Origin: Dehalococcoidales bacterium
GTDB taxonomy: Bacteria; Chloroflexota; Dehalococcoidia; Dehalococcoidales; GCA-2688105
Reading direction: 5' to 3'
DNA length: 33,812 bases
Assembly (NCBI GenBank): GCA_030640255.1
Contig: DAOWJS010000006.1
Coordinates: 1-33,812, forward strand
Numbering within the stretch: the first letter of the stretch is position 1; every line of letters starts with the position of its first letter. The notes beneath the pieces were generated by a model. It saw only the letters and a list, made by a program, of their open reading frames with translations, did not search any database and had not been told where the DNA came from. The position numbers and the translations under genes are program-made. This document shows, one piece after another, positions 24,913 to 33,754 of the stretch.

Positions 24913-26049
24913 ATGAAACCTTTAAGCTATACTCAGATTAATATATACCAGTCCTGCCCTTTATGCTACAAGCTTCAATACATTGACGGCTTGAAACCGA
25001 AGGATAAGTGGTATTTTAGCTTTGGCACCACTTTGCACCTTTGCGCTGAGTACTTTTTTAAGGTAGGGGTGCCTCCGCCACCATCGCTGGATGAGCTATT
25101 ACAGTTTTATGAACAGAGCTGGCTTTCTGAGGGGTATGAATCGGCCGAAGAAGAAGCCAGGTATAGGGATTATGGCCGGGAGATACTGTCCAAGTTCTGG
25201 GAGATTCACCATGCCGATTTCAGGGTGCCGGTGGCTGTGGAGCGGAGGTTTTATATGGACATTGAGGGGGTAAAGCTGAGAGGTCTTATGGATAGGGTAG
25301 ATAAACTGGATAGTGGCGGGCTATCCATAGTTGACTATAAGACGAATCAGAAGCTGTTTACCCGAGACGACTTAGAGGCAAATCTTCAGTTGACCTTATA
25401 TCAATTGGCGGCTGAGCAGACCTGGCAGCTTCCGGTAGAGAGGCTTACCCTGTATCACCTCAGGTCAAATACCCCTTGTAGTTGTGCTCCCAGGAGTAAG
25501 GCGCAGCTTGAGGAAGCCCGGCACCTGGTATTGGAGGTAGCTGAGAATATTGCCGCCCAGAGATTCCCGGCTATTGAGAACCAGTATTGCCCCTGTGACT
25601 TCGCCGAGCACTGCCCGTACTACAAACAGGAGCTTGTGCCTGAGCTAAAGGAGACGGATATTCTGCGGGGAATGGCAGTGGATGAGGCTGTTGAGCAGTA
25701 TGTTGCGTTGCAGAGCCAGATAAAAGAGCTGCAATTAAAGTTTGAAGATTTAAGGCAAATGATTATCAGTTCCTGTCAGGCTGAGGGGTTAAATCGGGTC
25801 TATGGCCGGGAGCATGCCATTACCTATAAGCTGGTGGAGAAGGCAGGCTTTAGCCAGGATGAGGTCAGGGCGTTACTTGAGTCGGAGGGGCTGTGGAACC
25901 GGGTGCTTAGCCTTGACCAAGCCAAGCTTAAGGAGCTTATAACTGATGAAACGGTAGCTAGAGATATTAGACATAAGCTGGAAGCCTTAAGGCGGGTTAT
26001 TTCCAGTTCACCAAGATTATGGGTCAGAAGGCTTATTGAGGAAGAGTAG
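24913..26049 (+). CDS. PD-(D/E)XK nuclease, Cas4/RecB(AddB)-like with 4-Cys cluster
   Basis: N-terminal CPLCY. Core motif is GLMDRVDKLDSGGLSIVDYKT (D...D-x-K). C-terminal cysteines CPCDFAEHCPYY match the Fe-S arrangement of the Cas4/AddB nuclease domain. No cas genes lie nearby. Confidence 0.75.
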   Translation: MKPLSYTQINIYQSCPLCYKLQYIDGLKPKDKWYFSFGTTLHLCAEYFFKVGVPPPPSLDELLQFYEQSWLSEGYESAEEEARYRDYGREILSKFWEIHHADFRVPVAVERRFYMDIEGVKLRGLMDRVDKLDSGGLSIVDYKTNQKLFTRDDLEANLQLTLYQLAAEQTWQLPVERLTLYHLRSNTPCSCAPRSKAQLEEARHLVLEVAENIAAQRFPAIENQYCPCDFAEHCPYYKQELVPELKETDILRGMAVDEAVEQYVALQSQIKELQLKFEDLRQMIISSCQAEGLNRVYGREHAITYKLVEKAGFSQDEVRALLESEGLWNRVLSLDQAKLKELITDETVARDIRHKLEALRRVISSSPRLWVRRLIEEE

Positions 26050-26051
26050 GC

Positions 26052-26080
26052 TTGCATTTTCTCTGGGATTATTTTATCCT
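26052..26080 (+). promoter_or_regulatory. candidate sigma70 promoter of the cobamide operon
   Basis: TTGCAT (26052-26057), 17-nt spacer, TATCCT (26075-26080), immediately 5' of the riboswitch. Confidence 0.45.
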
Positions 26081-26081
26081 A

Positions 26082-26222
26082 GAGGGAAAATTTAATAGGA
26101 AGCTTGGAGGTGCCTGAGACGATTCAGGCGTAACCGGAGAGCAAGTCGGTGAAAATCCGACGCAGTACCGCCTACTGTGACTGGTAATCTTACCAGAAGC
26201 CAGAACGCCGGGCCTCTGTGTA
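26082..26222 (+). promoter_or_regulatory. cobalamin (B12) riboswitch aptamer
   Basis: Core is GTCGGTGAAAATCCGACGCAGTACCGCCTACTGTGA (GGTGnnAAnnCC...CCGCnACTGT), followed by a B12-box-like GAAGCCAGAACGCCGGGCC. It sits upstream of btuCD and cob genes. Confidence 0.85.
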
Positions 26223-26278
26223 TCCTATAACTTCCGCGGAGAAAGGGGAGTGGGATAAATAGCCAGAGCCTGGTGATG

Positions 26279-26318
26279 ACTCCCCTTGCTAGATTGAGCA
26301 GAGGGGGTTTTTATTTTA
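26279..26318 (+). terminator. intrinsic terminator serving as riboswitch expression platform
   Basis: Stem CTCCCCTTGCT / AGCAGAGGGGG followed by TTTTTATTTTATT. AGGGGAGT at 26243-26250 is exactly complementary to ACTCCCCT at 26279-26286 and is a candidate antiterminator. Confidence 0.7.
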
Positions 26319-26431
26319 TTCAAAATTATTGAAGCTGGGGGCATTTAGAGAAATTGATGCCACTTGGTGCTATGGTCATCTTAAGTATGGAACGAAGATG
26401 TGAAAATTGAGGTGTTAAGGATTTTTTAATT

Positions 26432-27523
26432 ATGACCTTGCATCAGCTTAAGCCATCTTTCACGGAGCAATCTGTGCCTATCCATTTCCCTCACTGGCGC
26501 GGTCGCATATATGCTATTTTGGGACTTTTAGTCGCCTTTGGAGCCATAGTGGTATTTGCCACAGCTGTCGGCAGTGTTCAAATTCCGTTCTCCACTATTT
26601 GCCGAATTCTGTTTTCAAAGCTGCCCTTAGTCGAGATAAATAACCCTGCCTGGCCTGGAACCTTGGAGACCATAATACTGGAAGTACGCTTGCCCAGGGT
26701 TATTCTGGCGGGGCTGGTAGGGGGTGCTCTAGCCTTAGCCGGGGCTACCTACCAGGGGCTCTTCCGTAATCCACTGGCTGACCCCTACCTTATCGGTGTG
26801 GCTCAAGGGGCGGCGCTGGGAGCCGTTGTTGGCTTTTTACTCCCATCCACCTGGCATGGTATGGGTTTCGGGATTATTCCCGTACTCGCCTTCATCGGGG
26901 CACTGGTTAGCACCACTATTGTCTATAGTTTAGCCCGGGTAGGCAAAACCTTACCCGTAACCACCCTTATTCTAGCCGGCGTGGCTTTGGGAGCGCTTTT
27001 GGCGTCAATCGTTTCCTACCTCATTATTTCCAGCGGGGAGAAGATGCACGGAATTATATTTTGGCTAATGGGTAGCTTTTCCTTGAGCCGGTGGTCAGAG
27101 GTAGGGGTGGTTCTTCCCTATGTGGTGGTGGGGGTAGTAGTCATCTTGCTTTATGCTCGCTCGCTTAATGTAATGCAGCTTGATGAGGAGCAGGCTCAGC
27201 AGCTAGGAGTCAATGTGGAAAGGCTCAAGCTGGTTCTTCTTGCCGCCGCTACCCTGATTACGGCGGCCGCGGTTTCTTTCGTAGGCACCATTGGATTTGT
27301 CGGTATCATCGTCCCTCATGCTGTGCGTCTGATATGGGGGCCAGACCACCGTTTCCTGCTACCTTTGTCTGTCCTTACCGGCGCCATTTTTCTAATTCTG
27401 GCTGATGTAATAGCGCGCACCATTCTGGCGCCTACGGAGATACCGATAGGGGTAATCACTGCCATCGTTGGAGCCCCCTTCTTCCTTTACTTATTGCGGC
27501 GTAGAAAGAGGGTAATTTTCTGA
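26432..27523 (+). CDS. btuC: ABC transporter permease, FecCD/BtuC family (corrinoid uptake by context)
   Basis: 363 aa, about 9-10 TM. Motifs RLPRVILAGLVGGALALAGATYQGLFRNPLADPYLIGV and GVITAIVGAPFFLYLL. Under the B12 riboswitch. Confidence 0.85.
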   Translation: MTLHQLKPSFTEQSVPIHFPHWRGRIYAILGLLVAFGAIVVFATAVGSVQIPFSTICRILFSKLPLVEINNPAWPGTLETIILEVRLPRVILAGLVGGALALAGATYQGLFRNPLADPYLIGVAQGAALGAVVGFLLPSTWHGMGFGIIPVLAFIGALVSTTIVYSLARVGKTLPVTTLILAGVALGALLASIVSYLIISSGEKMHGIIFWLMGSFSLSRWSEVGVVLPYVVVGVVVILLYARSLNVMQLDEEQAQQLGVNVERLKLVLLAAATLITAAAVSFVGTIGFVGIIVPHAVRLIWGPDHRFLLPLSVLTGAIFLILADVIARTILAPTEIPIGVITAIVGAPFFLYLLRRRKRVIF

Positions 27524-27535
27524 GGCTGGTTTAAA

Positions 27536-28363
27536 ATGATTAAGATAGAAATGCAGAATGTCTGTCTGGGCTATGGTCGTAAAGTAGTGCTGAAAGCTCT
27601 GACCTTTCATGTGATGCCGGGAGAGGTGGTAGGGCTTATCGGGCCCAATGGCTGTGGCAAGTCAACCATTATCAAGGCGTTAAGTCGTATTATCTCTCCC
27701 CACTCGGGGAAGATACTGCTGGACGGGAAAGACATATCCCAGATACCAAGGAGGGATTTAGCCCGTTTGCTGGGCGTAGTCCCTCAGATTCCGCTCCTTC
27801 CTAGCTCCTTCACCGCCTTTGAGATAGTGCTCATGGGCAGGAATCCCCACCTTGGTCTTTTTCAGTATGAAGGTTCAGAAGAACTGGCTATTACTTGGCG
27901 AGCTATGGAACGGACAGCGACCCAATCTCTCGCCGAGCGGAGGGTAGGCGAGCTTTCAGGTGGGGAGGTGCAATGTATAGTCATTGCTCGTGTTCTGGCT
28001 CAGGAGACAAAGGCGGTTCTTTTAGATGAGCCGACAGCGAATCTGGATATCGGACGTCAGGTTGAAATCCTTGACCTGATTAAGAGCTTATGCCGGGAGA
28101 GTAATTTGACGGTTCTGGCTGCCCTGCACGACCTAAACCTTGCCTCGCAATACTGTGACCGGTTAGTCCTGATAAATAACGGGCGGATTCATGCTGAGGG
28201 GACACCAAGGGAGGTCATCATTCCCCAGAATATTAAGGAGGTCTATGGGACTGATGGCTGTGTCTATACCCATCCCATAAATGGACTCCCCGTTGTCCTA
28301 CTTAAGTCAGGCAACGGCCAACCTGCCCAGACCAGAGATGGGGTAGAAAGGGGTATAGTCTAA
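27536..28363 (+). CDS. btuD: ABC transporter ATP-binding protein (BtuD/FepC-like)
   Basis: Walker A GPNGCGKST, signature LSGGEVQ, Walker B LLDEPT. Confidence 0.85.
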   Translation: MIKIEMQNVCLGYGRKVVLKALTFHVMPGEVVGLIGPNGCGKSTIIKALSRIISPHSGKILLDGKDISQIPRRDLARLLGVVPQIPLLPSSFTAFEIVLMGRNPHLGLFQYEGSEELAITWRAMERTATQSLAERRVGELSGGEVQCIVIARVLAQETKAVLLDEPTANLDIGRQVEILDLIKSLCRESNLTVLAALHDLNLASQYCDRLVLINNGRIHAEGTPREVIIPQNIKEVYGTDGCVYTHPINGLPVVLLKSGNGQPAQTRDGVERGIV

Positions 28364-28368
28364 CAGTT

Positions 28369-29301
28369 GTGGCTCTTTTACTGATATTTTCCATTGCCCT
28401 GGCTATTGATTTAGTTTTGGGTGAACCACCTCGTGTCATACACCCTGTGGTATGGATGGGAAAGGTGGCTTCATTCCTGGAAAAGGGCGGCATTGGTCGC
28501 CCCCCCTTAGCTCAGCTTCTCTACGGGCTGGGGATAACCCTGGTCACCATAGGGTTCTTTGTAGCTCCTGCCTATTTTATACTTTTCTATCTAAAGGGTC
28601 TTAGCTTTGCGGCGTATGTGATTGTCGGAGCAGTGTTCCTCAAGTTCACCTTTTCCTTGAAAGAACTGCGGCGGGTGGCATTAGAAATCAAGAGGCTTCT
28701 GCTGAAGGAAGAGTTGGACAAAGCCCGCTTTGAGCTGCGCTCATTAGTCAGCCGTAACACTCAGAATTTACCCAAGCCGCTGCTGGTATCGGCTACTGTG
28801 GAGTCGGTGGCTGAGAATACCGGCGACAGCTTTGTTGCCCCTCTGTTCTTCTTTTTACTTTTTGGTGTCCCCGGAGCCATCGCCTATCGCGTAGTCAACA
28901 CTCTGGATGCCATGATAGGCTATCATGGGAAATATGAGTATTTAGGCAAGTTTGTCACTAAGCTGGATGACGTGCTTAATTTTATCCCGGCGAGACTATC
29001 AGCGCTGCTCCTGGTTTTAGCCGCTTTCTTGTCCCGAAGAGATGCTCGCCGCTCATGGCAGACGGCACTTAGTAATCATTCCCGAACTGAGAGTCCCAAT
29101 GCCGGCTGGCCTATGGCAGCCGTGGCTGGCGCCCTCAATGTGCAGCTGGAAAAGAAGGAGCATTATAAATTAGGTAAGGTAGGTGTCCCGCTGATACCAG
29201 ATACCATTGATGCTTCGTTAAGGCTAATGCAAATAGCCGTGCTGGGCTGGGCGTTAATATGTTTTATAGTGGGGGTAGTTTATTTTGTCCATACCACCTA
29301 A
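28369..29301 (+). CDS. cbiB: adenosylcobinamide-phosphate synthase CbiB/CobD
   Basis: IDLVLGEPPRVIHPVVWMGK..., SVAENTGDSFVAPLFF, NAGWPMAAVAGAL. GTG start. Confidence 0.9.
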   Translation: MALLLIFSIALAIDLVLGEPPRVIHPVVWMGKVASFLEKGGIGRPPLAQLLYGLGITLVTIGFFVAPAYFILFYLKGLSFAAYVIVGAVFLKFTFSLKELRRVALEIKRLLLKEELDKARFELRSLVSRNTQNLPKPLLVSATVESVAENTGDSFVAPLFFFLLFGVPGAIAYRVVNTLDAMIGYHGKYEYLGKFVTKLDDVLNFIPARLSALLLVLAAFLSRRDARRSWQTALSNHSRTESPNAGWPMAAVAGALNVQLEKKEHYKLGKVGVPLIPDTIDASLRLMQIAVLGWALICFIVGVVYFVHTT

Positions 29302-30394
29302 TCCTGAAATAGAAGGTCTAAAAATCTGTTCCCACGGCGGGCCAAATTGGGCTGAGCTAAAGTCTATGGGCCTTAATCCTGAGGAGATTATCGACTTTAG
29401 CGTCTGCTCTAATCCCTTCCCACCTCCGCCCGGGGTAAGGAAGATTTTCAATAGTATTGCTATCGAGCGTTACCCTGATTCCGAGGCAATTGAACTTAGA
29501 CAGTGTCTCTCGGAAAAGCTAGGGGTGGCTCCGGATAACATTCTGGCGGGAAGCGGTGCTACCGAGCTTATTCGTCTCATCGCTTTGGCTTACTTCAGAC
29601 ATGGTGATTCAGTGTTAATTCTTGAGCCCACCTATGGTGAATATGAGGTGGCTTGCCAAATCGTGGGGGCGGAGGTTTTTAAGCAGTGGGGGAGGGCAGA
29701 GGAGGACTTTATGCTGAGGATAGAAGAGACGGTTAACCTTATCCGGCAACGCTGCCCTAAGGGGATTTTTATGTGCAATCCCAATAATCCTACCGGTCAA
29801 TACTTCTCCCGGCAAGAGGTTGAGGCGGTCTTGGATGCCGGGGTAAATAGCCTGCTCATTCTGGACGAGGCTTACGTTGCTTTTACCGATGATAGCTGGT
29901 CGGCTGTTGACTTGCTCCACCGAGACAACATAATTATGGTGTACTCCATGACCAAGGACTATGCCCTGGCTGGTCTGCGCCTTGGTTATGCTGTCGCCAA
30001 TCGGGATATTATTGGTCAGCTGCGACGGGTTCGTCCACCGTGGAATGTTAATGTAGTGGCTCAGAAGGCGGGCGTGGCGGCTCTAAGGGATGTGAGTTAT
30101 CTTGAGCGGTGTAAGCCGAAGATTAAACAGGCAAAGCAGTTCCTGGTAGATGAGTTTTGCCGAGTTGGCTTCACGGTGATTCCATCAAAGACGAATTTTT
30201 TCTTGGTCAGGGTAGGCGATGGTGAAAAACTTCGCACTACTTTACTTAGGCACGGAATGTTGGTGCGCGATTGCGCTTCCTTTGGGTTACCTGAGTATGT
30301 CCGTATTGCGCCTCGCACTATGCCCGAGTGCCAGAAGCTCATCGCCACCATCCAGGCATTAAAGCGTGGTGGAGAACTAGATGCCAATATTTAA
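29285..30394 (+). CDS. cobD: threonine-phosphate decarboxylase (class I/II aminotransferase fold)
   Basis: HGG near the N-terminus, IDFSVCSNPFPPPPG, NPNNPTG, SMTKDYALAGLRLGY (PLP Lys). TTG start overlapping the cbiB end by 17 nt. Histidinol-phosphate aminotransferase cannot be strictly excluded, but context favours CobD. Confidence 0.8.
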   Translation: MSIPPNPEIEGLKICSHGGPNWAELKSMGLNPEEIIDFSVCSNPFPPPPGVRKIFNSIAIERYPDSEAIELRQCLSEKLGVAPDNILAGSGATELIRLIALAYFRHGDSVLILEPTYGEYEVACQIVGAEVFKQWGRAEEDFMLRIEETVNLIRQRCPKGIFMCNPNNPTGQYFSRQEVEAVLDAGVNSLLILDEAYVAFTDDSWSAVDLLHRDNIIMVYSMTKDYALAGLRLGYAVANRDIIGQLRRVRPPWNVNVVAQKAGVAALRDVSYLERCKPKIKQAKQFLVDEFCRVGFTVIPSKTNFFLVRVGDGEKLRTTLLRHGMLVRDCASFGLPEYVRIAPRTMPECQKLIATIQALKRGGELDANI

Positions 30395-30413
30395 ATAGGC
30401 TCAGGAGGTAGAG

Positions 30414-31484
30414 ATGTCAGAATCATTATCCCAAATAATTGAAATGATAAAGCCTCTGGATAAAGGGGCAATGGCTGAAGCTCAAGCCAAGCAGGACCAG
30501 TTGACTAAACCTCGGGGTAGCCTGGGTAGGCTGGAGGAACTGTCCATTCAACTGGCTGGCATTCAGGGCAGGTCAATACCTCAAATCAGGCACAAGGTTA
30601 TTATTACTATGGCGGGAGACCATGGCGTAGTAGCTGAGAAGGTAGGTAACTGGCCTCAGGAGGTAACCGCTCAGATGGTTTACAATTTCCTTAATGGTGG
30701 GGCGGGAATAAATGTTATTGCCCGTCAGGTAGGAGCCAGGGTTGTGGTGGTTGATATGGGGGTGGCTACCGAACTGGGACCTAATCCTCAGCTTTTATCC
30801 CGGAAGATTGCCCCGGGCACTCAGAATATAACCCAGGGTCAGGCTATGACCCGGGAGCAGGCAGTGAGGGCAATAGAGACGGGGATAGAAATAGTGGCGG
30901 CAGAGGTGGCTAAGGGTCTGGATATTGTGGGCACTGGTGATATGGGGATAGGTAATACTACTGCCAGCAGTGCGGTTAGTGCAGTTATGATGGGAAGACC
31001 AGTGGCTGAGGTAACTGGCAGAGGTACCGGCATAACCGATGAACAGCTTGTGCATAAGATAGAAGTGATAGAGAGAGCCCTGGTGGTGAACCACCCTGAC
31101 CCCAAGCAGCCGCTGGAGGTGCTGGCGAAGGTAGGCGGCTTTGAGATTGGGGGGCTGGTTGGGGTAATGTTGGGGGCAGCCGCTCACCGCATTCCGATAG
31201 TTATTGATGGCTTTATCTCCGGGGCAGCCGCCCTCATTGCTACGGCGCTGTCACCAAAATTAAAGGAATTTCTTATCGCCGGTCATGTTTCAGTTGAGAC
31301 TGGTCACCAGTTAGTACTTAGGCATCTAGGGCTTAAGCCATTGTTGGATTTGGACATGCGTTTAGGTGAGGGCACTGGTGCTGCCCTGGGAATATTTCTG
31401 GCTGAGACTTCAGCCAGGGTTCTGGCGGAGATGGCTACCTTCACTGAAGCTGGGGTATCTCAGGAGGACGAGTCAGGCAATTGA
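30414..31484 (+). CDS. cobT: nicotinate-nucleotide--dimethylbenzimidazole phosphoribosyltransferase
   Basis: LTKPRGSLGRLEEL, MAGDHGV, GDMGIGNTT, MRLGEGTGAAL. Confidence 0.92.
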   Translation: MSESLSQIIEMIKPLDKGAMAEAQAKQDQLTKPRGSLGRLEELSIQLAGIQGRSIPQIRHKVIITMAGDHGVVAEKVGNWPQEVTAQMVYNFLNGGAGINVIARQVGARVVVVDMGVATELGPNPQLLSRKIAPGTQNITQGQAMTREQAVRAIETGIEIVAAEVAKGLDIVGTGDMGIGNTTASSAVSAVMMGRPVAEVTGRGTGITDEQLVHKIEVIERALVVNHPDPKQPLEVLAKVGGFEIGGLVGVMLGAAAHRIPIVIDGFISGAAALIATALSPKLKEFLIAGHVSVETGHQLVLRHLGLKPLLDLDMRLGEGTGAALGIFLAETSARVLAEMATFTEAGVSQEDESGN

Positions 31485-32260
31485 GTTTCTTAGCTGTTCT
31501 GAGGTTTCTAACCATTATAGACTTGCCCTGGCACCGTGAGGTTAGCCAGGAGGAGATAGGACGCGCTATAGGTTATTTCCCTGTGGTCGGGGTTGTTATT
31601 GGTCTTATCCTGGCTGGTTTGAATTGGCTGCTATCCCTGTTTTTACCGTCAATGGTGGTTAATGCCTTACTGCTGGTTAGCTTGGTGGTGATTACCGGGG
31701 CGCTGCACATGGATGGCTTGGTTGATACCTGCGATGGGATAGGTGGTCATAAAGCCCCTGAGGCTCGGTGGCAGATAATGTCTGACAGCCAGGTTGGCGG
31801 TTTTGGCGTTATTGGTGCTGTTTTACTGCTGCTGGTTAAGTATGTTTCCCTAAATAGCGTGCCCGAGACATTGCTGATGGCGACCCTGGTAATTATGCCG
31901 GTGGTAAGTCGCTGGGCAATGGTCTATGCCATTTTCGCCTACCCCTATGCCAAGCCATCAGGCTTAGGCAGGGTGCTTAAGCAGGAGGCAAGTTGGCTGA
32001 GGTTTATTTTGGCCACAATTATAACTCTGGCGGTAGCTATAGGTTTAGCCCGATGGGCAAACATTACTTACTTTTATCTGGTAGGGTTAGCTATAATGGT
32101 AGGCATCTGGGTTATAGTTATGGCTATGGCAGCTTACCTGAAACGCAAGTTTTCTGGTCTTACTGGTGATACCTATGGGGCTATAAACGAGGTAGCTGAG
32201 GTCAGTGTCCTTATTCTTGTCCTGTTGCTGGCTCACCACCAGTGGTTGGGGTTAGCCTAG
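31481..32260 (+). CDS. cobS: adenosylcobinamide-GDP ribazoletransferase (cobalamin synthase)
   Basis: Membrane protein with HMDGLVDTCDG and GLTGDTYGA motifs. The TTG start overlaps the cobT stop. Confidence 0.9.
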   Translation: MSFLAVLRFLTIIDLPWHREVSQEEIGRAIGYFPVVGVVIGLILAGLNWLLSLFLPSMVVNALLLVSLVVITGALHMDGLVDTCDGIGGHKAPEARWQIMSDSQVGGFGVIGAVLLLLVKYVSLNSVPETLLMATLVIMPVVSRWAMVYAIFAYPYAKPSGLGRVLKQEASWLRFILATIITLAVAIGLARWANITYFYLVGLAIMVGIWVIVMAMAAYLKRKFSGLTGDTYGAINEVAEVSVLILVLLLAHHQWLGLA

Positions 32261-32273
32261 TTGGGAGGGACAG

Positions 32274-32879
32274 TTGTCTAAGTTATTACTGGTGCGACAC
32301 GGTGATGCTGAATTAAACAGTGCCGAGAGGTACTGGGGAAGTAATGATGTCAGGCTGAGTGCCACTGGACTCAGGCAGGCGGAGAAGTTGCGCCACTGCC
32401 TGGCTACCGAAAGGATTGATGCCATTTATTCCAGCGACCTGAGTCGGGCTTCAGTAACCGCTGAGACCATTGCCTCAGGGCGCCAGTTGGAGGTTGTAAC
32501 CTGTGCCGAGTTACGCGAGATTAACTTCGGTGAGCTTGAGGGTTTGACCTTTAATGAGATAAGTCAGCTTTATCCAGAAGTGACTAAATTGTGGCTCAAT
32601 TGGAGTCTCACGCTAAAGTTTCCCGGCGGCGAAAGCTTTAACGAGCTTAATACCCGGGTGAGTAAATTCCTGGGCAAGCTGGAGAAACATGCTTTGGAGG
32701 AAACGATACTTATCGTAGCTCATAGTGCACCGCTGCGGCTACTGGTGTGCCATTTATTGGGGATAGAGCTGCAGCACTGGCGGCAGTTTCGTCTTGATTT
32801 GGCTTCACTTAGCATACTGGAGACCTATCCTCAGGGAGCCATACTGAGCCGGTTAAACGATATTTCTCATTTGGCATAG
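32274..32879 (+). CDS. cobC: alpha-ribazole phosphatase (histidine phosphatase family)
   Basis: LLLVRHGDAELN (RHG), SSDLSRA, FPGGES, IVAHSAPLR. Positioned after cobS. Confidence 0.8.
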   Translation: MSKLLLVRHGDAELNSAERYWGSNDVRLSATGLRQAEKLRHCLATERIDAIYSSDLSRASVTAETIASGRQLEVVTCAELREINFGELEGLTFNEISQLYPEVTKLWLNWSLTLKFPGGESFNELNTRVSKFLGKLEKHALEETILIVAHSAPLRLLVCHLLGIELQHWRQFRLDLASLSILETYPQGAILSRLNDISHLA

Positions 32880-32888
32880 GGGGTTATT

Positions 32889-33566
32889 GTGCATCAGGTT
32901 TTTACCTCGTGGAGCGGCGGGAAGGATTGTTGCCTTGCCTGTTACCGGGCGTCTATCAGCGGGCTAAAGGTTCGTTATTTAGCCAATATGGTAACTGAGG
33001 ATGGCAAGCGGTCATGGACTCATGGCCTGTCATCTGAATTACTGCAGGTGCAGTCGCAGGCTATCGGGATTCCACTAGTTCAGCGGCGGACTACCCGGGA
33101 TAACTATGAAGCTGAATTTAAAAGTATGCTCCGTGCCTTCAGGCAGGAGGGGGTTGATGGCGGCGTCTTTGGCGATATTGACTTCAATGAACACCGGCAG
33201 TGGATTGATAGGGTATGCCAAGAAGTAGATGTCATTCCCCATTTACCCTTATGGGGAGAGAGCCAGGATAAAATAATGAGAGACTTTATAGACCTGGGGT
33301 TTGAGGCGGTCGTAGTTGCGGCTAAGGCTGACCTCTTTGGTGAGGAGATATTGGGGCGGAAAGTAGACCTTGATTTCATCAAGCATTTGGAGGAACTGAG
33401 GGAGACAAAGGAAATTACGCCCTGCGGTGAAGCTGGTGAGTATCATACTCTGGTTGTTGATGGTCCTCTATTTAACCAGCGGCTCGAAATCCTGGAGACC
33501 AATAAGGTATTGAGGGAGGGGCACTGGTTTTTAGAGATTTTGAAGAGCGACCTAAGGTCTAAGTGA
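32889..33566 (+). CDS. MJ0570/Dph6-type PP-loop ATP-binding (diphthine-ammonia-ligase-like N-terminal domain) protein
   Basis: SWSGGKDCCLACY (SGGKDS-type PP-loop), PLWGESQDKIMRDFIDLGFEAVVVA, CGEAGEYHTLVVDGPLF. Confidence 0.8.
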   Translation: MHQVFTSWSGGKDCCLACYRASISGLKVRYLANMVTEDGKRSWTHGLSSELLQVQSQAIGIPLVQRRTTRDNYEAEFKSMLRAFRQEGVDGGVFGDIDFNEHRQWIDRVCQEVDVIPHLPLWGESQDKIMRDFIDLGFEAVVVAAKADLFGEEILGRKVDLDFIKHLEELRETKEITPCGEAGEYHTLVVDGPLFNQRLEILETNKVLREGHWFLEILKSDLRSK

Positions 33567-33661
33567 TAGCCAAGAGGAGTTTCAGAGGGGCTTTGCCCAC
33601 CAGAGGCGACTCTGTCGACCCCTGTAAAGAAATTATCTTCCCCCTAAACTGATTAAAAATT

Positions 33662-33752
33662 AAAGAGAGTCAAAGAGAGGCGAAGCCTCTCTTATACAAC
33701 CCTTCCCCCTCTCCTTTGAAGGAGAGGGGGATTAAGGGGGTGAGGTAGATAA
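33662..33752. repeat. GC-rich hairpin modules, copy B of the REP/MITE-like family (inverted relative to copy A)
   Basis: AGAGAGGC-GAA-GCCTCTCT (33674-33692) and CCCCCTCTCCTT-TG-AAGGAGAGGGGG (33705-33730). The flanks AGAGTCAAAG and GGGGGTGAGGTAGATAAACA match the reverse complement of 6655-6670 and 6725-6747. Confidence 0.85.
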
Positions 33753-33754
33753 AC

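Noticed and set aside
6603-33752. Considered whether the inverted REP-like copies at 6.6 kb and 33.7 kb are the ends of a 27-kb composite element.
   Set aside because: The enclosed genes are core housekeeping (trpS, rtcB, cob operon). The repeats are short and modular with shuffled order, which fits a dispersed intergenic repeat family better than element termini.
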